This document shows positions 50,560 to 64,000 of a stretch of DNA of 64,000 bases, piece by piece. Source of the stretch: Takakia lepidozioides (taxonomy: Eukaryota; Plantae; Bryophyta); the NCBI GenBank assembly GCA_030704615.1, contig CM060734.1, forward strand, positions 7,626,001 through 7,690,000. Reading direction: 5' to 3'. The translations under genes and the position numbers were made by a program. The notes under the pieces were generated by a model. The model made no database searches, was not told where the DNA came from, and saw only the letters and a program-made list of their open reading frames with translations. Position 1 is the stretch's first letter. Each line of letters begins with the position of its first letter.

Positions 50560-51960
50560 TCATTCAACCAAGACATTGAAGTCTGAATTGAAAACAGGGA
50601 TTCAAAATCCAGACAATGCACAACAATGGACTGGTGGACCAGTGTTGGGATGGTATATTGATTTTTCCTACCCTCAGGGTAAGGGTATATATGATTTGGG
50701 GGGTCAAACTTATCCACCGGGTAAGGGTATAATCTATTTTTTGAAAATATTTACCCTCCGGGTAAGGGTATATATAAATTTTTGGTGAACATTTACCCTC
50801 ACGATAAGGGTATTGGGTGCCACATATACCATGAGGGTAAGGGTAATTGCAGGATAATGGTACCATTTTTATATCCTTTGGATATCCCAGGGTAATTATA
50901 AAGGGCAAATTAAATTAATTAATTAAATTTGTGGATTTTATTAAATACTTAGAATAAAGCATTTCAACTGTATAACATCCCCGTTATATAGAATTTAACA
51001 GGCTATGCCTTTTATTTTGAAAAATCCAAATATTTTTTGTTTACTTTTTCGGTGGCTGATGAATAGCAAAATTTTAGCCCTCATTTATGCTCCTCTAATG
51101 GCCCTAAAATATAATAACAAAACAACACATTTGCTCATAATGAGGTCCAAAATCACCAGCGCCTGAAGCACATGCTTTGCATGATAGAGAGAATGGCGGG
51201 ACCGAGGAAGGAGAGAGCGGTCACTTTTTGCATGAAGGAGAGAGTGGCAAGGACCGGTCTTGGAGCACAAGCTGCAAAGAGGAAGACCAACAAAGGAGAG
51301 AAAAAAAAAAAAAAAAAACATGCTAGTGTTTACCCTGTCTACTAGCAAATACCATACCTAAACCTAAAACCCCTAGTAATCAAATTATTATACCGTTCCC
51401 TATTACCTGGCCATTGAACAGATTTATCCTCAGGGTAAGGGTATCCTTTGAAACTTCAAAATAATCCATTAAGGGTATAACAAAAATAATTACCCCTGAC
51501 AAGGGTAGGGTAAAGGTATTTTTGAATTTCCAGGGTAGGGTATATCCATATACCCTTATTGGGTTTTACCCTCAGGGTATAATGGCAAAAAAAGGGTATC
51601 CTCCCAACACGGGTACCCTTAGCAACCAAAACAATGAAGGCTGCATTGACAAAATAGGGATTCAAAACCCAGACCATGCATCACAAGGGACTGGTAATGA
51701 CCGTAAGGGACTGGTAATGACCTTATCATTCAACCAAAACAGCAAAGGCTGAATTTATAATACCATCACAATGGACTGGTTACGGTGTAACCACCTTACC
51801 AACCAAAACAGCGAAGGCTGCATTAGAAAACAGGGATTCAAAACCCAGACCATGCATCACAAGGGACTCGTATTGAATGACCGTAAAGGACTGGTAAATT
51901 GGTAATGACCAACCAAAACAGCGAAGGCTGAATGGGAAAAACAAGGATTCGAAAACAGAC
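50560..51960. repeat. Degenerate repeat cluster, probably a DNA-transposon relic
   Basis: Many (TACCCTC)AGGGTAAGGGTAT units at 50665-50850 and 51425-51620. ACCAAAACAGCGAAGGCTG and AAACAGGGATTCAAAACCCAGAC/GGACTGGT units at about 50565-50640 and 51620-51960. Confidence 0.7.
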
Positions 51961-52508
51961 CACCCATAACGAGCCGAAGTCCACTGTATCATGTCGCGAG
52001 ATCACAATGTCGGCGGTCTCTGTAGAGAAGCTCCAAGGCACAAAACATGAGTTGATCCTGAGGGAATGCGAGATCAGAAACCAAAGCATTGGCTTACAGA
52101 AAACGTTGGTGAACTGGAAATGCTTGAACAAACCATCTCCATCTCCATCTCTCTCACCTCATCTCTGACGGCATGTGCAATCCTGTCAGAATTACTACCG
52201 GGATAGCCAGTCGCCTGCCAGGACCGTATAAAATCGCCGCCGGGAGGCCAATCCCGGCAGAGTAGAGTAATGACGGGTAGCGGACAACATCAACGGTCGA
52301 GCTCGAATCTGAGATGATTTGGATGCAACTGAATCCAGACGGTATCTCCCCGGTGGCTCGGAAGTGGCCCGGCCGGGTTGTCTTGGCCTTGTCTTGTCGA
52401 GGAAGAGACACGAGAGATTTAGTTGAGAGCGAGCGACAGAGAGGAGCTGCCAAGGTACGAGAGGGAAGGCGCGGGGGGGGGGGGGAGGGAGAGAGAGGGA
52501 GGCGGGGT

Positions 52509-55500
52509 ATGGAGTGTCGGGTGAGGCCGCCGTCTTGTTCGATCCTTCCCTCCATGGATCGGAATCGAATAATGCGTTCGTCGGTATGCTGGACGACCCC
52601 TTCGGTCTGTTACAGGTAGCTGCTGCTCTCTTGCTTTGTGCGCATTTTGGATCTGTCTGTTGTGCTGTCCAAGATTTGAGCTTTTCAGACACATTTGAGA
52701 TGGGAATTGAGAATTTTGAGTGTTTGTAGCTGAGTGAACTGCATTTTCGGTTTGTTGATTTGTGTAAGAACAAGCTGTGCGGTCCATCTCTGGTGGTACC
52801 GAGGTATTTTTCTTGGTTCATATTTTACGTGGTGACAAGCACACTGGTTGTGAAAGTCGCATAATTTTGCGAACGCTCAAGATGTCCAAGACTGTGCCGT
52901 GAGGATAGGTGTAGTCGGTATGAGGATAGACGACCGGGCAGAGGGACTGTTAAGGAGCGACATGTTTCAGCTTACCACGGATATCCTAATGCGATGTTTC
53001 TGATAGGAGCGTATTTATCAAGAGTGCTAATCCGTCCCGGCAGTTAGGATAGTTAGTTTTACGGCAAAATCGAAAATTGAGCAGAGATCAGTTCTCTTCT
53101 GTATCTGAGTGACATTATCAACAATTTTAAAGGTTGGGGGCATACATGTGTAAGCTATTTGTGGTGTGTTTGCCGGATCTCTTGGTGATGCTAGATTTGG
53201 CTTAGAACTCTTACTTCTTGCTTTCTTTTTGGATTTGGAAAGAATACCTGTCAGGCCAGTGGTAGATGGAATAGACGAGGCTCACATCTTCTGGGAATTA
53301 GTGAACATTCAATAATTTACTTCTATCCTTTAGTTCACTTACGGATGAACTTGTCAGTAAGCCCTGACATTTCTACTGCTTTTATCGACTTTCTGTAACA
53401 GCACAGAAAATTTGAAACTTTTTTTTAACGAAGTGCATGGTATTGGCTGTCCAAACACAGCATGGCTTATGTGGTAAGCAGGAAACCGAGGCAAGTGGGA
53501 GCAAATTATGAAGAGGGAATGGGGAAGGTCTTCACATCAGCAGGCTCTTCTGGCACTTCATCTGAAATCCTTGACATGACAAAATCCAGAAAGTTGGAAG
53601 AGATTAAAGAGAACGTTCAAGAGTGCATTGCAAGATCCTTTGATCAGTGTGTTGTGCGTGAAGCAAGACTAGATGAAGAATTATGGGTATGTTGCCTCAT
53701 GCTAGCTATGCATAGTGCAACAATCTTTCAAAATGCTGAGAAGAGTGGCAAACTGCTGAGTTTGATATCACATGTAAAGTACCACAATAGTGGTTGAGGG
53801 AGACACTGGAGAATTGACTCCAGTGTCTGCAAAGTCCGAGAGGGTGGGGAATAAGAGATAAAATGGCAGAAAACAGGAAGTGAGAGGGAGACTTCATGCA
53901 CAAATGTATAACACCTGGTCGTTGGTGCAAAACTGCACTTTCTTTTGTGCTTCCCCGGTAGTAGGTCACTGTCAAACAACTCTTTGAGACCTAAAAGAAA
54001 GTTTTTGTCAATATATTTGGCAATTACAATTATCACATTTCGCACTATTCAGTCAATAACCCTCTATCAGATTGACTACTTCACTGTTTTCATTCCCCTT
54101 CAGACCATCTGTAGCTCCATGTATCATACTAAGTGAGCTCCAGTCACTGTCATTTGGTTGCGACTCTATGGCTTTTTAGTGGCTTTGGCCCACAGGCCAG
54201 CTTCTTTGTTTGTTGGTCACTCATTGAACTTGAAGAACAGCTGGAAATGATAGCTGCAAAATCCAGAAGCTTTAATGATACTCTGCTTCACTATCAATGA
54301 TTACTGCCAGATGCTGATTGCTGTTACTCCGTATTGATAAGGGTGTCAAATGTTTGTCCTTGAAGGCAGCAGCGTGGTTGCGGGCTGAAAGTTACCGTGA
54401 ACAGCAGCCATATGTGCGGTGGGTTCTGCCACCTTTGTTTTGAAAAATCATGAAATTGGAAAAAGCTCGCTGAAGATTGGTCTACAGTGAACGCAGGCAG
54501 GAGATGTCTTTGCTTGGTTCATGTGAATAACAATGAGTGGATCTGTTGAATCATCATCAAACTAAATCAGATTCAACCTGGATAACTGTGTAGTCAATTG
54601 CTTACATAAACTCCATGTCATGAAACTAGTCGTTATAGGCAGCCACCAGAAAGTGTGGAGATATGCAAAGTAAAGTAGGAAGAATGGTGGGTTGATGTTG
54701 CAGATATGTTGACAGCTACAAGAAGAAGTTTGCTGAGCAGGTCAGGCTATTCTGTCTTTGTATCATTATAGCAGGAAGTGCACACAGCCAGTGAGATCCA
54801 CTTGTTGAGCATTAAATATTACACTGAGTAAGTTTTTCTCCGTTCTTTCTGTGGACCAATTTGGAGCATGAGTTCCTCTGTTAAAAAGTGTGCAACCTTG
54901 TCTTGGCTTTATTCATCTTGCCTTTCAAGTGTGGTAGAGGCTGATACAATAAGAACAGTACTTGCTGGTGATGTTGCTGCGCAAATGTAGTACGTCATAG
55001 TTTGAAAACCTGTAGTCTCTTCTGCCAGGCAAACTTGTCTGTCATAGTCATTCACAAACACTATGCCATATGCTGGGTTAAGGTCTTCATAATGTATGTG
55101 TCAACAACCACCTTGTGGCAGGAATTTTCAGCATTAAAGCGCCGCGTGTATGGGAAGTACGGACAGTCTATCAGATGCATGTGCTTTGTAGCAGTAAGCT
55201 CAGATTCCCTTCCCTGCAATTCCACCAGTCCATATGTTTGGTCTTTCTAAAACTTGTTGAAGGACCTGAGTACTGGGCTCACTCAGTTTCCTTTGCTTCT
55301 GAGGTATCTAAGAGTGACAATATACCAGGGAGTCCTAACAAATACGTTGGATGATCACAGGTTACAAGACAGTGTTCACAAGTGACCACTGCACAAGAAT
55401 TGCAAACGGGTGGAATACTGGCTAGTGTTGTTGGAACACTCGATGTCAGTCTGCGGCATGTGTCCCCAGGTGAAGCATTCCTAGGGGTATGTGGCAGATC

Positions 55501-56554
55501 TGTAAACCTTTTACCAATATTTGCTAACAGGAGTGCAAACAATTTTCTCTGGGTTACTCCACTTTCTGATTATTGGTTCCCCATTGCTCAAGCCCCCAGG
55601 GATTTTGGGTTTGTCTTTTTCACAAGAGTGAGTCTGCTCGCATAATTCAAGCATCCTTACAGTTAGAGAAGTGATAGTTTCTGCTGGTTGTGCTGATTTG
55701 CAGCAACCCCATAGATTTGGCTACATAGCCAATGTGTGTGTGCACAAGTCAGCGCGCCGCAAGGGTGTAGCTTCAGCCTTGTTGCAAGTTGCCAGGGAAA
55801 CAGGACAGAACTGGGGTGAGCATTCTGTGGCTTAAGACTGGTGTGTGGCTTGCAATCTATCTTATATTTTATATTAAGGTCCACAAACCAGATGACACTG
55901 ATGTGAGGGCAAAATGTGTTGGTGGATGGGGACCACACATCTAATGTTAGCGAGACTTCGCAATGTACAACATGGAGCTTCTATTGTGCATGCATCAGGT
56001 GATGGCCACTGCTGATGGTGTGTTATTTCCAATACAACAATTTGGTGATTGTATCAATATACAGTATGCTTTTGGGTGTGTCATATTGGCAGGGTATGAG
56101 GTTTTGAATGAATTCAGGTCCAAGATCATGGTCTCCACTTTCTCAAGGTGGTTCAATAGCAATCGCCGGCCTTCAGCTTAAAAATCTTCTCTACCGAATC
56201 ACGGATCATCTATTCATCCATCTCGAGTATGTTTGACTGATCATTTTCTTCTGCTGGTGTTGCAGGCCTCGAGGAATTATATGTTCATGTCAATGCCACC
56301 AACAAACCTGCCCGCCAGCTGTATTCTAAGAAGGGCTTTCAGGTAACTTGACAGTGGATCATGTCAGACATGCTTGCAGTAGTACGTACTGTGTGAAGGA
56401 AGGCTATGCTTGTGAGTTCACATACACTTGCAGATAAAAGAATAGGCTGGCCACAGTTCTCAAGCTGACTAAGTTATCTATTTCGCAGGTTCTTGAAGCG
56501 GGAGCTTCACAGGGATCTTTAGAAACAACGGTGCTCTTGCGACTACAGATGTAG
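52509..56554 (+). CDS. GNAT-family acetyltransferase (plant plastid GNAT type), multi-exon
   Basis: Exons encode VVREARLDEELW / AAAWLRAESY / YVDSYKKKFAEQ / EFSALKRR / VVGTLDVSLRH / FGYIANVCVHKSARRKGVAS (acetyl-CoA motif A) / LYVHVNATNKPARQLYSKKGF; stop at 56552-56554. The start exon and one internal exon are uncertain. Confidence 0.88.
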
Positions 56555-57678
56555 ATAGTTGGCAATCAATCCACCTTCCATTCATTACATTTATTGTACA
56601 CTACTCCAGATGCAACCTTCAAAGAATTCTTCATGTACTACCTGGATTACACTCTCTTTTTTGATCCCTTATATTGAAAGGGTGGGGTTGCATGGGGGCA
56701 CGGCTGCATTAAGATTCAATCGCCTCAGGGATGCAGGGATGCAGTCCCCCTCCCCCAACCCCAACAGTCACAGTCCTTTGATATGGATCCAAGATATCCA
56801 TAAGCTTTTGCCATAGGAAGGAACAGATGATTTACAAACTTACTTTCATTCAGAACCCTGCTGCGTCAGCGGCACACTTCGGACGAGGAAGGAGGAATGC
56901 AATGATGACTTACGTCGCACAAACTAAAGTAGACGCAGTTTGGAGAAAAGAAATATGCGAGGAGGTAGGGTAGGGAGCGACCGGAAGTAGGCGGTGATGC
57001 CAGGCTGTGAGTCCGTGTTGGACTCCGTCTTTGTTTGCGGGGCTTTCGCCTTCTCTCCTGTTCTCTTCTCGTGTGTGGCTGTTTCCTCGCGACTTGGTAT
57101 ATAGGCAGGCACGCAGTTATGGGCAGCGATCTGAGGGGCATTTCAGGAGGATTGGTAGGAGGCGGAGACTGAGCTTGAGCGTGATGAGAGGAGGTTGCTG
57201 GATTCGGCGAGATTTGTCGTGGAGAGCAATAGGTGTGAACTGAGGCGGAGGTGATTGAGATTGAGTCTTGAGAGGGATGGGGGAAGCTGGGACAGGAGCT
57301 GGAGGGGGGACGCGAGGATGGCGTTGGTAGTGGAATGGAGGAATGGGGCGGCTCTCGCGGTTAAATATGGTGGGGAGGAGTAAGGGGCGGGAGTGGGAGA
57401 GAAGCTGGAATGCCCGTGGACATGATGGCAGGGGGAGTGTGAGATGGGAGCGGAAGGTTTTTTCCCTCGGGATTGACAGCAACACAAGGGTGGATAATGC
57501 AGATTTGTCTGGAAAACATGTTAAATTTGCGGTCTTCGAGGTGAAAGGCCGCACTTAGATTGAGAGAGTGATAGTTTGAGCACAGTCAGTAGCTGTGAAT
57601 TGTTTGGAGGAGCAACTGGAGAGAGAGGGAGAGAGCGAGGGGGCGAGTGGTCGTCCGTTGAGGGGGACTTTGGGGGAC

Positions 57679-60600
57679 ATGATGCGGGCAGAGAATTCAC
57701 CAAAGTTGATAGTGGATGCGTTGCTGCTGAGGTTTCTTCCTCTTGCTCGCCGTCGCATTGACACAGCTCAAGCCCAGGTTTTTCCTCCTCCCTGCTGCTT
57801 TCTGCCACTATCCTTAGACTCCAATCTTAGTGAGGATCAGGTGTTGTTTACCTGGACAATGATGGAGGTCCTCTTAGGGTTCTCCTTTGAGTCACTGTCA
57901 TTGCATTTGTCTCATCTGGGGAGGCCTGAAGAGTCATGCAACACAAGGAGGGAGAGAATGTACTCATAAGACGGGAGAGTGAGAGAGAGACTGAGAATGC
58001 TTCCTATGGCTGCAGGATGGGCAGTATTTACGTGCGTCAGATCCTGCGTATGAGCAAGTTCTTGATGGCCTTGCAATGGTGGCCCATCACACCCCTGTAC
58101 CTTTGCTGGAGGCTCTGCTTAAATGGAGAGAGAGGTACTTCTCAGTACTGACTGTCTCCAGCTGAGACTATTACACTATCTTTTGTAGGTACTCTGCAGA
58201 AATTCATTTGCTATATGGTGGCATGATGAGTAGGGTTTTGAATTAATGTTATTTGAAAAAGGAAGGGTCAATTTCCTTTTGCAGGTTTTTATACCAGTTC
58301 CCCGTTCGCTGACTCATCCAGTTAGATGTGTCTTGAAGTATGTCTCATTAGCCCTTGGTGGACATCTATTTGCAGTGAATCTCCAAAGGGAGCGAGTGAT
58401 GCATCAACTTTTCAAAGAAAAGTCTGTGGTTCTTAAACCCTCACACTGATGCATTGCCATACAAAGAGAAGTAATGAGAGTAAGATAGAGTCAAAGATAG
58501 ACCCCAGAGAGGCTTCTGTGATACTCATGTTAATGTGTGGATGTGAGTGTTGGAGCTACTATGTGAGGCTGGCTATGTGGTACTGGTAACAGTAGAATCT
58601 GTGAGTCAGGGAATTATGATGCAAAAGGAGCTAGGGATTGATGGTCTGTAGCCATTGAGGGTTAGGGTTTGGAAACTAGATGCATTCTTCATAGAGTAAA
58701 ATGCCGGGCTTTTGATTGAAAGAAGTTCACAGACATTTGGTAGTGAATGGCACTATTTTGGTTTTGACTACCAAAATTGTGCATATCTATCTTCTCTCTC
58801 TCTCTCTCTGGTCCTTCCTTTAGCTGCTGTGTCTTCTGCTTTTTCCATCTTCATCTACTTCTTTTCTGGTCTCAAGGCTGCTTTATTAAGGGTCATTCTT
58901 TATTGATGGGAAGGTTGTTGATGCAGCTGGCAGTCGAGTGCATTTTCTGCTCTGCCTGCATCCGATTTGTGGAGTGCTGCCGACAAGAGGGTCTTACAGG
59001 TACACCTAGTTCTATGTCGGCAGGATGCATAATTTGTTCAGACCATGTGTGGAAGGTTTGTTCCAGGTGTCAAACAGTATATAAAGCCCAAGTTAGCTCC
59101 TTGCTGGCCCTTTAGTATTGCACTTGCTCAACTCTAGCGTTATGGGGACTTCTAGCACTGGTGGTGGACGAAAGGAAGCCAAATCTGGCAGGTCTAACTT
59201 GACTTTTGATTTGTATGCAGAAACACTTTGGATTGGACTTGAGAATTTTGTGTTTGACTGGCTCATCAATGCTGACAGGTACAGTAGCTGCTATCGCTGG
59301 CATATATGTGTAAGCAGTCATAATTAGAATCCTGTAGTTGGGGATTGTCCTATGATCTTGCCCCTAGGTGGCATAGTCAATGGGACAGCAATGCTGTGAG
59401 GGATCTGGGAATATAGTTTACTTGTTTGGATCACTAGAGTAGAGCAAGCGACAAAGAGCCAAGTTATGGTTGGTATTGACAGATGGGTTATGTTGGAAGG
59501 CAAAGAGAAATAATGCAACCATCCAGAAAAAAAAGAAAAAGAAGATGGACACCTTCTGATGGCTGAATGGGGGTAACATGATTGCCCAAACCTTCCCCAA
59601 GGATTTGAAAGCCCCCAGGTACCCACACATTTAGTGACCGGTTGACCCAGTGATCCCCCTTTTACAGCTGGGTTGAGGAATAATTTAAAAAATTAGGCAA
59701 ATGTTTCATTCATTCCAGTTATTGGTGTGATGTATGAAAGTAGGACTTATTCAGATCAATCAAATGCTTTAGTTTTCTTCCCGTTTCAGCATGCAGCATA
59801 TGGGACTCTCTCAGCAGCCCTTGATGCGGCTTGAACAAAGGCATGTTTACTGTCCCTCTTCCATGAGGAGCTCCAAGTGATTATGTTCTTGTTTTCCTCA
59901 ATTGAATGTGGCAGATTGGTAAGTCAGATGGAGTACCCGTCGCTGGTGGACCTTCGAGGGCTTCTTCTGGACCTGGTTGCACAGCTGCTGGGTGCCCTGT
60001 CTAGGCTCCGGTATGTTTTCCTGTCATTTCTAAACAGGAGTACATCCTCCTGTCTCCAGCGATGTGCTGGTTCGCTTCTCAATTATTTTCATGTGGTTTT
60101 GCCTGCCTCAGTGGCCCCTTCTCACATTTTGAGATATTTTGTGCACCACTCTGGCATGGACATGAGCATGTATGTGAGTATGTTAACAAGGTCTTTGAAC
60201 AGTGATTGAGTCAAATTTGGTGTTGCTGTAACCAGATCTAGTGATGGGCTTGGCAGGTTCAGTTCAGTGACAGAGCGTTATTTTAACGAGATGAATGCGC
60301 GGCGCATTGATACCAGCACTGCGCGTAGTGAAACACTTAGCATCATCCAGGGCATGCGCTACCTCAAACTCGGCGTAAACCCTTTAATCTGGCACCTGTC
60401 TCTCGTCGAAGACCATCTGTGGAGTAGAACATATGGAGTAGTTTATCTTTCTCTAGGTTCAACATGTTTTGCCCTGTTTCAGTATATCTAGCTGAGATTG
60501 CATGATCCATCATTTATCACAATGTATGTTAGCTGCACTGGAAGTGTTGCTTTGGTATGTGCAACTGGGAATCTGCTTAGTATAGACCTGATTGTTGGGG

Positions 60601-61152
60601 TGGGGTTATATTTTGTAGATCATATGTTAGGTGCATGGACTGATTACCAACCAGGGAATAATAATAGGTCCCTATTATGTACATGTGCCACACAAGGATG
60701 GTGAATAAGACCGGATACTCAGGACACTAAATGTGTGTGTGTGTCTGTGGTATTACCACACTAAGTGGTGTCATGTTGACCTAGCTGAGTGGAGAGCTCA
60801 CATTCCTTTGCATGGTGACTGTGGTTTCACGTTGCCTATGTGTGGCTCCCTCAACAGACAGACTGTGGGTTGGGAATTGTTGCAGGTAACGACATTGGGT
60901 GGGCTGAATGCATCAACCTCGTTTGTTGCCAAAGCAAACCCTCTCACTCGAACGCCTGCAAAGAAGAAGACAGAGCTGCACCATGCCTTGTGCAACATGC
61001 TGTCTAGCGTTCTGGCCCCCTTGGCAGAGTGTGGGCGTGGTGCCTGGCCGCCATCTGGAGTGGACCCAGCCTTGACCCTGTGGTATGAAGCAGTCCTTCG
61101 GATTCGAAACCAGCTTACACAGTGGATGGAGAAGCAAAGCAAACATATCATT
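57679..61152 (+). CDS. FURRY/MOR2/TAO3-like cell morphogenesis protein, 5' exons (gene continues beyond the window)
   Basis: Exons 57679-57777, 58016-58134, 58376-58421, 58927-58999, 59221-59278, 59915-60010, 60257-60374 and 60886-61152. They give KLIVDALLLRFLPLARRRIDTAQAQDGQYLR..LAVECIFCSACIRFVECC..EYPSLVDLRGLLLDLVAQLLGALS, the conserved N-terminus of plant FURRY-like proteins. Confidence 0.93.
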
Positions 61153-63439
61153 GTGAGTTCCATACCTAGGGCTTTATGTGTGTAAGTAGGCTGACAGAAT
61201 GCTACAATATGTGTGGAGCATGTAATGAAGATGCCAGTTACTGAAGTTACGGTTGTTAAAACTGGTGAGAGAATGTTGAACAAGTGCAAAGCTGAGGTTT
61301 AGGGCTGGTGTCTGAGAGAGCAGAGAAAAGAAATGATGAAATGAAATGGTACTTTATAATGTCCGCGGAAAGCTCAAAGAGCTTATGGGACAAAATGGAA
61401 AAAATAAGAGAGAGGAAACAAAACCAGAGCCAAAAAATGAAAGAAAGAAAGAATGAATGAATGAATGAACGAGAGGTGGAGTGAGTTGTTTAGTCTTGTC
61501 AAGTTAGTTACTAGTTAGATCCTAGATCACGCACATCTAGTTCCTGAATATTTGAGACATCATACACCTGAACCATGTTTAGCCCTTTCAACATAGATCT
61601 TTATGTCATTCCCTAAACAATCAGGACCATAGAAACCAGACTTTGAACTATCATGTAGTCAATTCATAGCATAGCATTCAGGTTTTTAGAATGTATAAAC
61701 CCTCCATGCATGGTTTCCCTTTGAACAAGCTCATATAGACATAGTTTCATGGCTGTTGAGAAAGTTCATGTCTAGCTGTTAAAAACCAGAATAGGAATGG
61801 GGTGGCTTGAGCTACCATAATACTACTGAAATCATATCATAGTGGTTTCATAGCATGACTGGTCCAAAATCCTTTATACCAGTAATAGGACCATAATATA
61901 CTAGATGATCCATTGTGTCCAAGCTTAGAAGAGAAACCAGATGTCTAAGGAGGACGGTTTGAAGTAGAGGAAGCCTTTCCTACTTCTCCACCTGTAATGT
62001 AAGACAATTCAATCTCTTGAAACCTGTCATAGCCATAGACTATCAACCACCAGAAGATGAATTCCATCATAAAACCACATGCAGTGCTAGTGGTAGCACT
62101 TACTATATCATGAACCAGCAATGCCACAGGTCCATATCATAGACCAAGCAGCAGAACTTGCCCTCAGTCCTTCCTTGCATGTTTACCATCTAAAGAAAGT
62201 CAAGCCGCCGCACCTAGTCGCATGAGAGTCATGCACACACAGCCATAGTTAATAATGTCATCTCTACGTAGTAATCATAACCGAGAGTATCAAAGGACAA
62301 GTAGTAAGTGGGTGGGGGGGGGGTTAGTAGTAGGGAAATCTCAAGCCTATTATGCTTGCACCCTCACAGTCTTAGGCTGATTACAGCTTATTGCTGTCCA
62401 CTTTGTACATGAGAATAGAGGTGGACTGGTACTCCACCAGCCAGTCACACCTGAATGCTTCTTGGCAACAGAAGAATACACGCCTACAGTACAGTAGCCT
62501 ATGTGAGTATAGGTGTACCTTAGAGCTTGAAGAGAAATCCATGCTCTCACGTCCACTCTTCTCACCTGACTGCTACTCCATGGAATGAAAGAGATCAGAT
62601 ATGGTGCTACCCACCTCATATACTAGAGAGGTGTGCAGTTTGCAGCCTAGCAGTATTCCGTGCCCTATGAAGAGCATAATGCAGCTCCTTAGTCCATTCT
62701 GTTACCTAATGAAGAGCACAGAGTGGCTCCCTTAATGAGCAAATATATGTACACCATAGGTCACTACAGTCGTGAGAGGTACACCCATTAATAATCATGG
62801 GGCACACCTTGAGTATTTTTGGAACATTCTGGGACGCAAGGTAGACAAAGATAGGGATGAGGCATAGGAATGAGGTAGAGGCTTTTCAGAGAACAGCCCA
62901 AGATCAAGAGAGAGAGAGAGTATACCCACAAGACATTGTTTGCAGTAGCCTTGTGGCCATAGACCCTGTGCCCAGTTTGGGGGGAACAAGAGGGAAGAGA
63001 CACTACCTTTGTGAGGGGCCCACTCCAGTAATTTGACTTACCTTGATAAGAAATTGGAATGATAATAAGTCCCATTAGTAATGGTCTTATTCGAAGAACA
63101 GCATAGGGTATCTGGTGTTAGGTATTCTATTCAACTGACCCGACCCTCTGATCTTGAACTCATCATGTCAAGATGGGTGGTACGCCAAAGTGGCCCTGAA
63201 CAGCCACGTTAGCTGTTGAAGAGCACACTGACATGCTCTCTTTGAGCACCAAAAGCTGAATGAGTTCTAAGGTCTTAGCATCTTTGGAGTTGCCAACCCT
63301 CTTGGCCGATGTGTACTACAAGGTAGGCCTGATAATGTTGCAAAGCATGGTCCTTGGAGTGAGACCAAAGCTTGGTGTTTAGCTGTTTGAACCTCTTTTT
63401 GTATGTCCACATCTCAGTCACAACTGGAAGAGAATGTAC

Positions 63440-64000
63440 TCATAAGACTTTGTTTGCTGTAGCCTTGTGGCCATTGCCCCGCACCCAGTTTGAGCGGAAC
63501 ACAAAGGGACAGAAACTATCTTTGTCAGGGGCTGACGCCGGTAGTATGACTTACCTTGGAACAGACAATTGATCCGAGTTTTCCAGATATCCTCTAGAAA
63601 TCCCTTTACACAAGCATCAATCTGCTGTGTGTGATTTGCCCAATAAATAGGCCCCAAAAGGGCCTGGGCTTTTGGCTCAGCCTCGACATTTCAAAGTTAG
63701 TAAACAGAGGTACAGGCTTAAATCCCTTGATGGATTTGAAGAGGATGTCTCTCTGGTGAGAGTACCCAGGACAATGAATCATACAATGAATATAGTCTTC
63801 AGGTTGCACACACAAGGGGCATTTGCAATCCCCCTTTCCTCTCTGCATCTGTTTGCTGTTCAAAGGTAGGCTTTCCGCCCTGAGTTTAAATTTCAGTGTA
63901 GTGCCGAGAGTGGGTAAACCTTTGAGGTCCTCCATGATGGCCTCCCCAATGTCACAGACTGGAAACAAGTCAGGGAAGTTTTCTGCCTAACTTCATTTTT
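63440..64000 (-). mobile_element. LINE 3' fragment in an intron; second short copy of its 3' end at about 62928-63045
   Basis: TLKFKLRAESLPLN...CPLCVQPEDYIHCMIHCP zinc finger. ttgtttgcwgtagccttgtggcca...gacttacctt is duplicated at about 62935 and about 63450. Confidence 0.75.

Overview
Eukaryotic, intron-containing plant DNA, most likely from a bryophyte or other non-seed plant (moss/liverwort-type delta-6 elongase, Tcn1-like chromovirus, Dualen-like LINE). Bases 1-47.2 kb are a nested cluster of mostly decayed transposable elements. These are a CACTA element with two divergent ORFs separated by large fold-back repeats, fragments of an L1/Tx1-type LINE, a Dualen/RandI-like element, two Ty3/gypsy elements and a MITE. 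Bases 47.5-64 kb hold three host genes: an ELO elongase, a GNAT acetyltransferase and a FURRY/MOR2-like gene. The most striking object is a Mutator-like DNA transposon (about 26970-35877) inserted in the chromovirus. Head-to-head with its transposase it carries a spliced gene encoding a ParB/Srx-type domain (DGNHR) and a beta-class DNA amino-methyltransferase-like domain. Two introns of that gene hold 12 copies of a 24-bp palindrome, CAACCTTGCGTYRACGCAAGGTTG, seven of them spaced 84-85 bp apart. This looks like a ParB/parS-like or methylation-based system carried by a eukaryotic transposon; the function is inferred and this copy is pseudogenised. All calls were made by eye, and no database searches were run.
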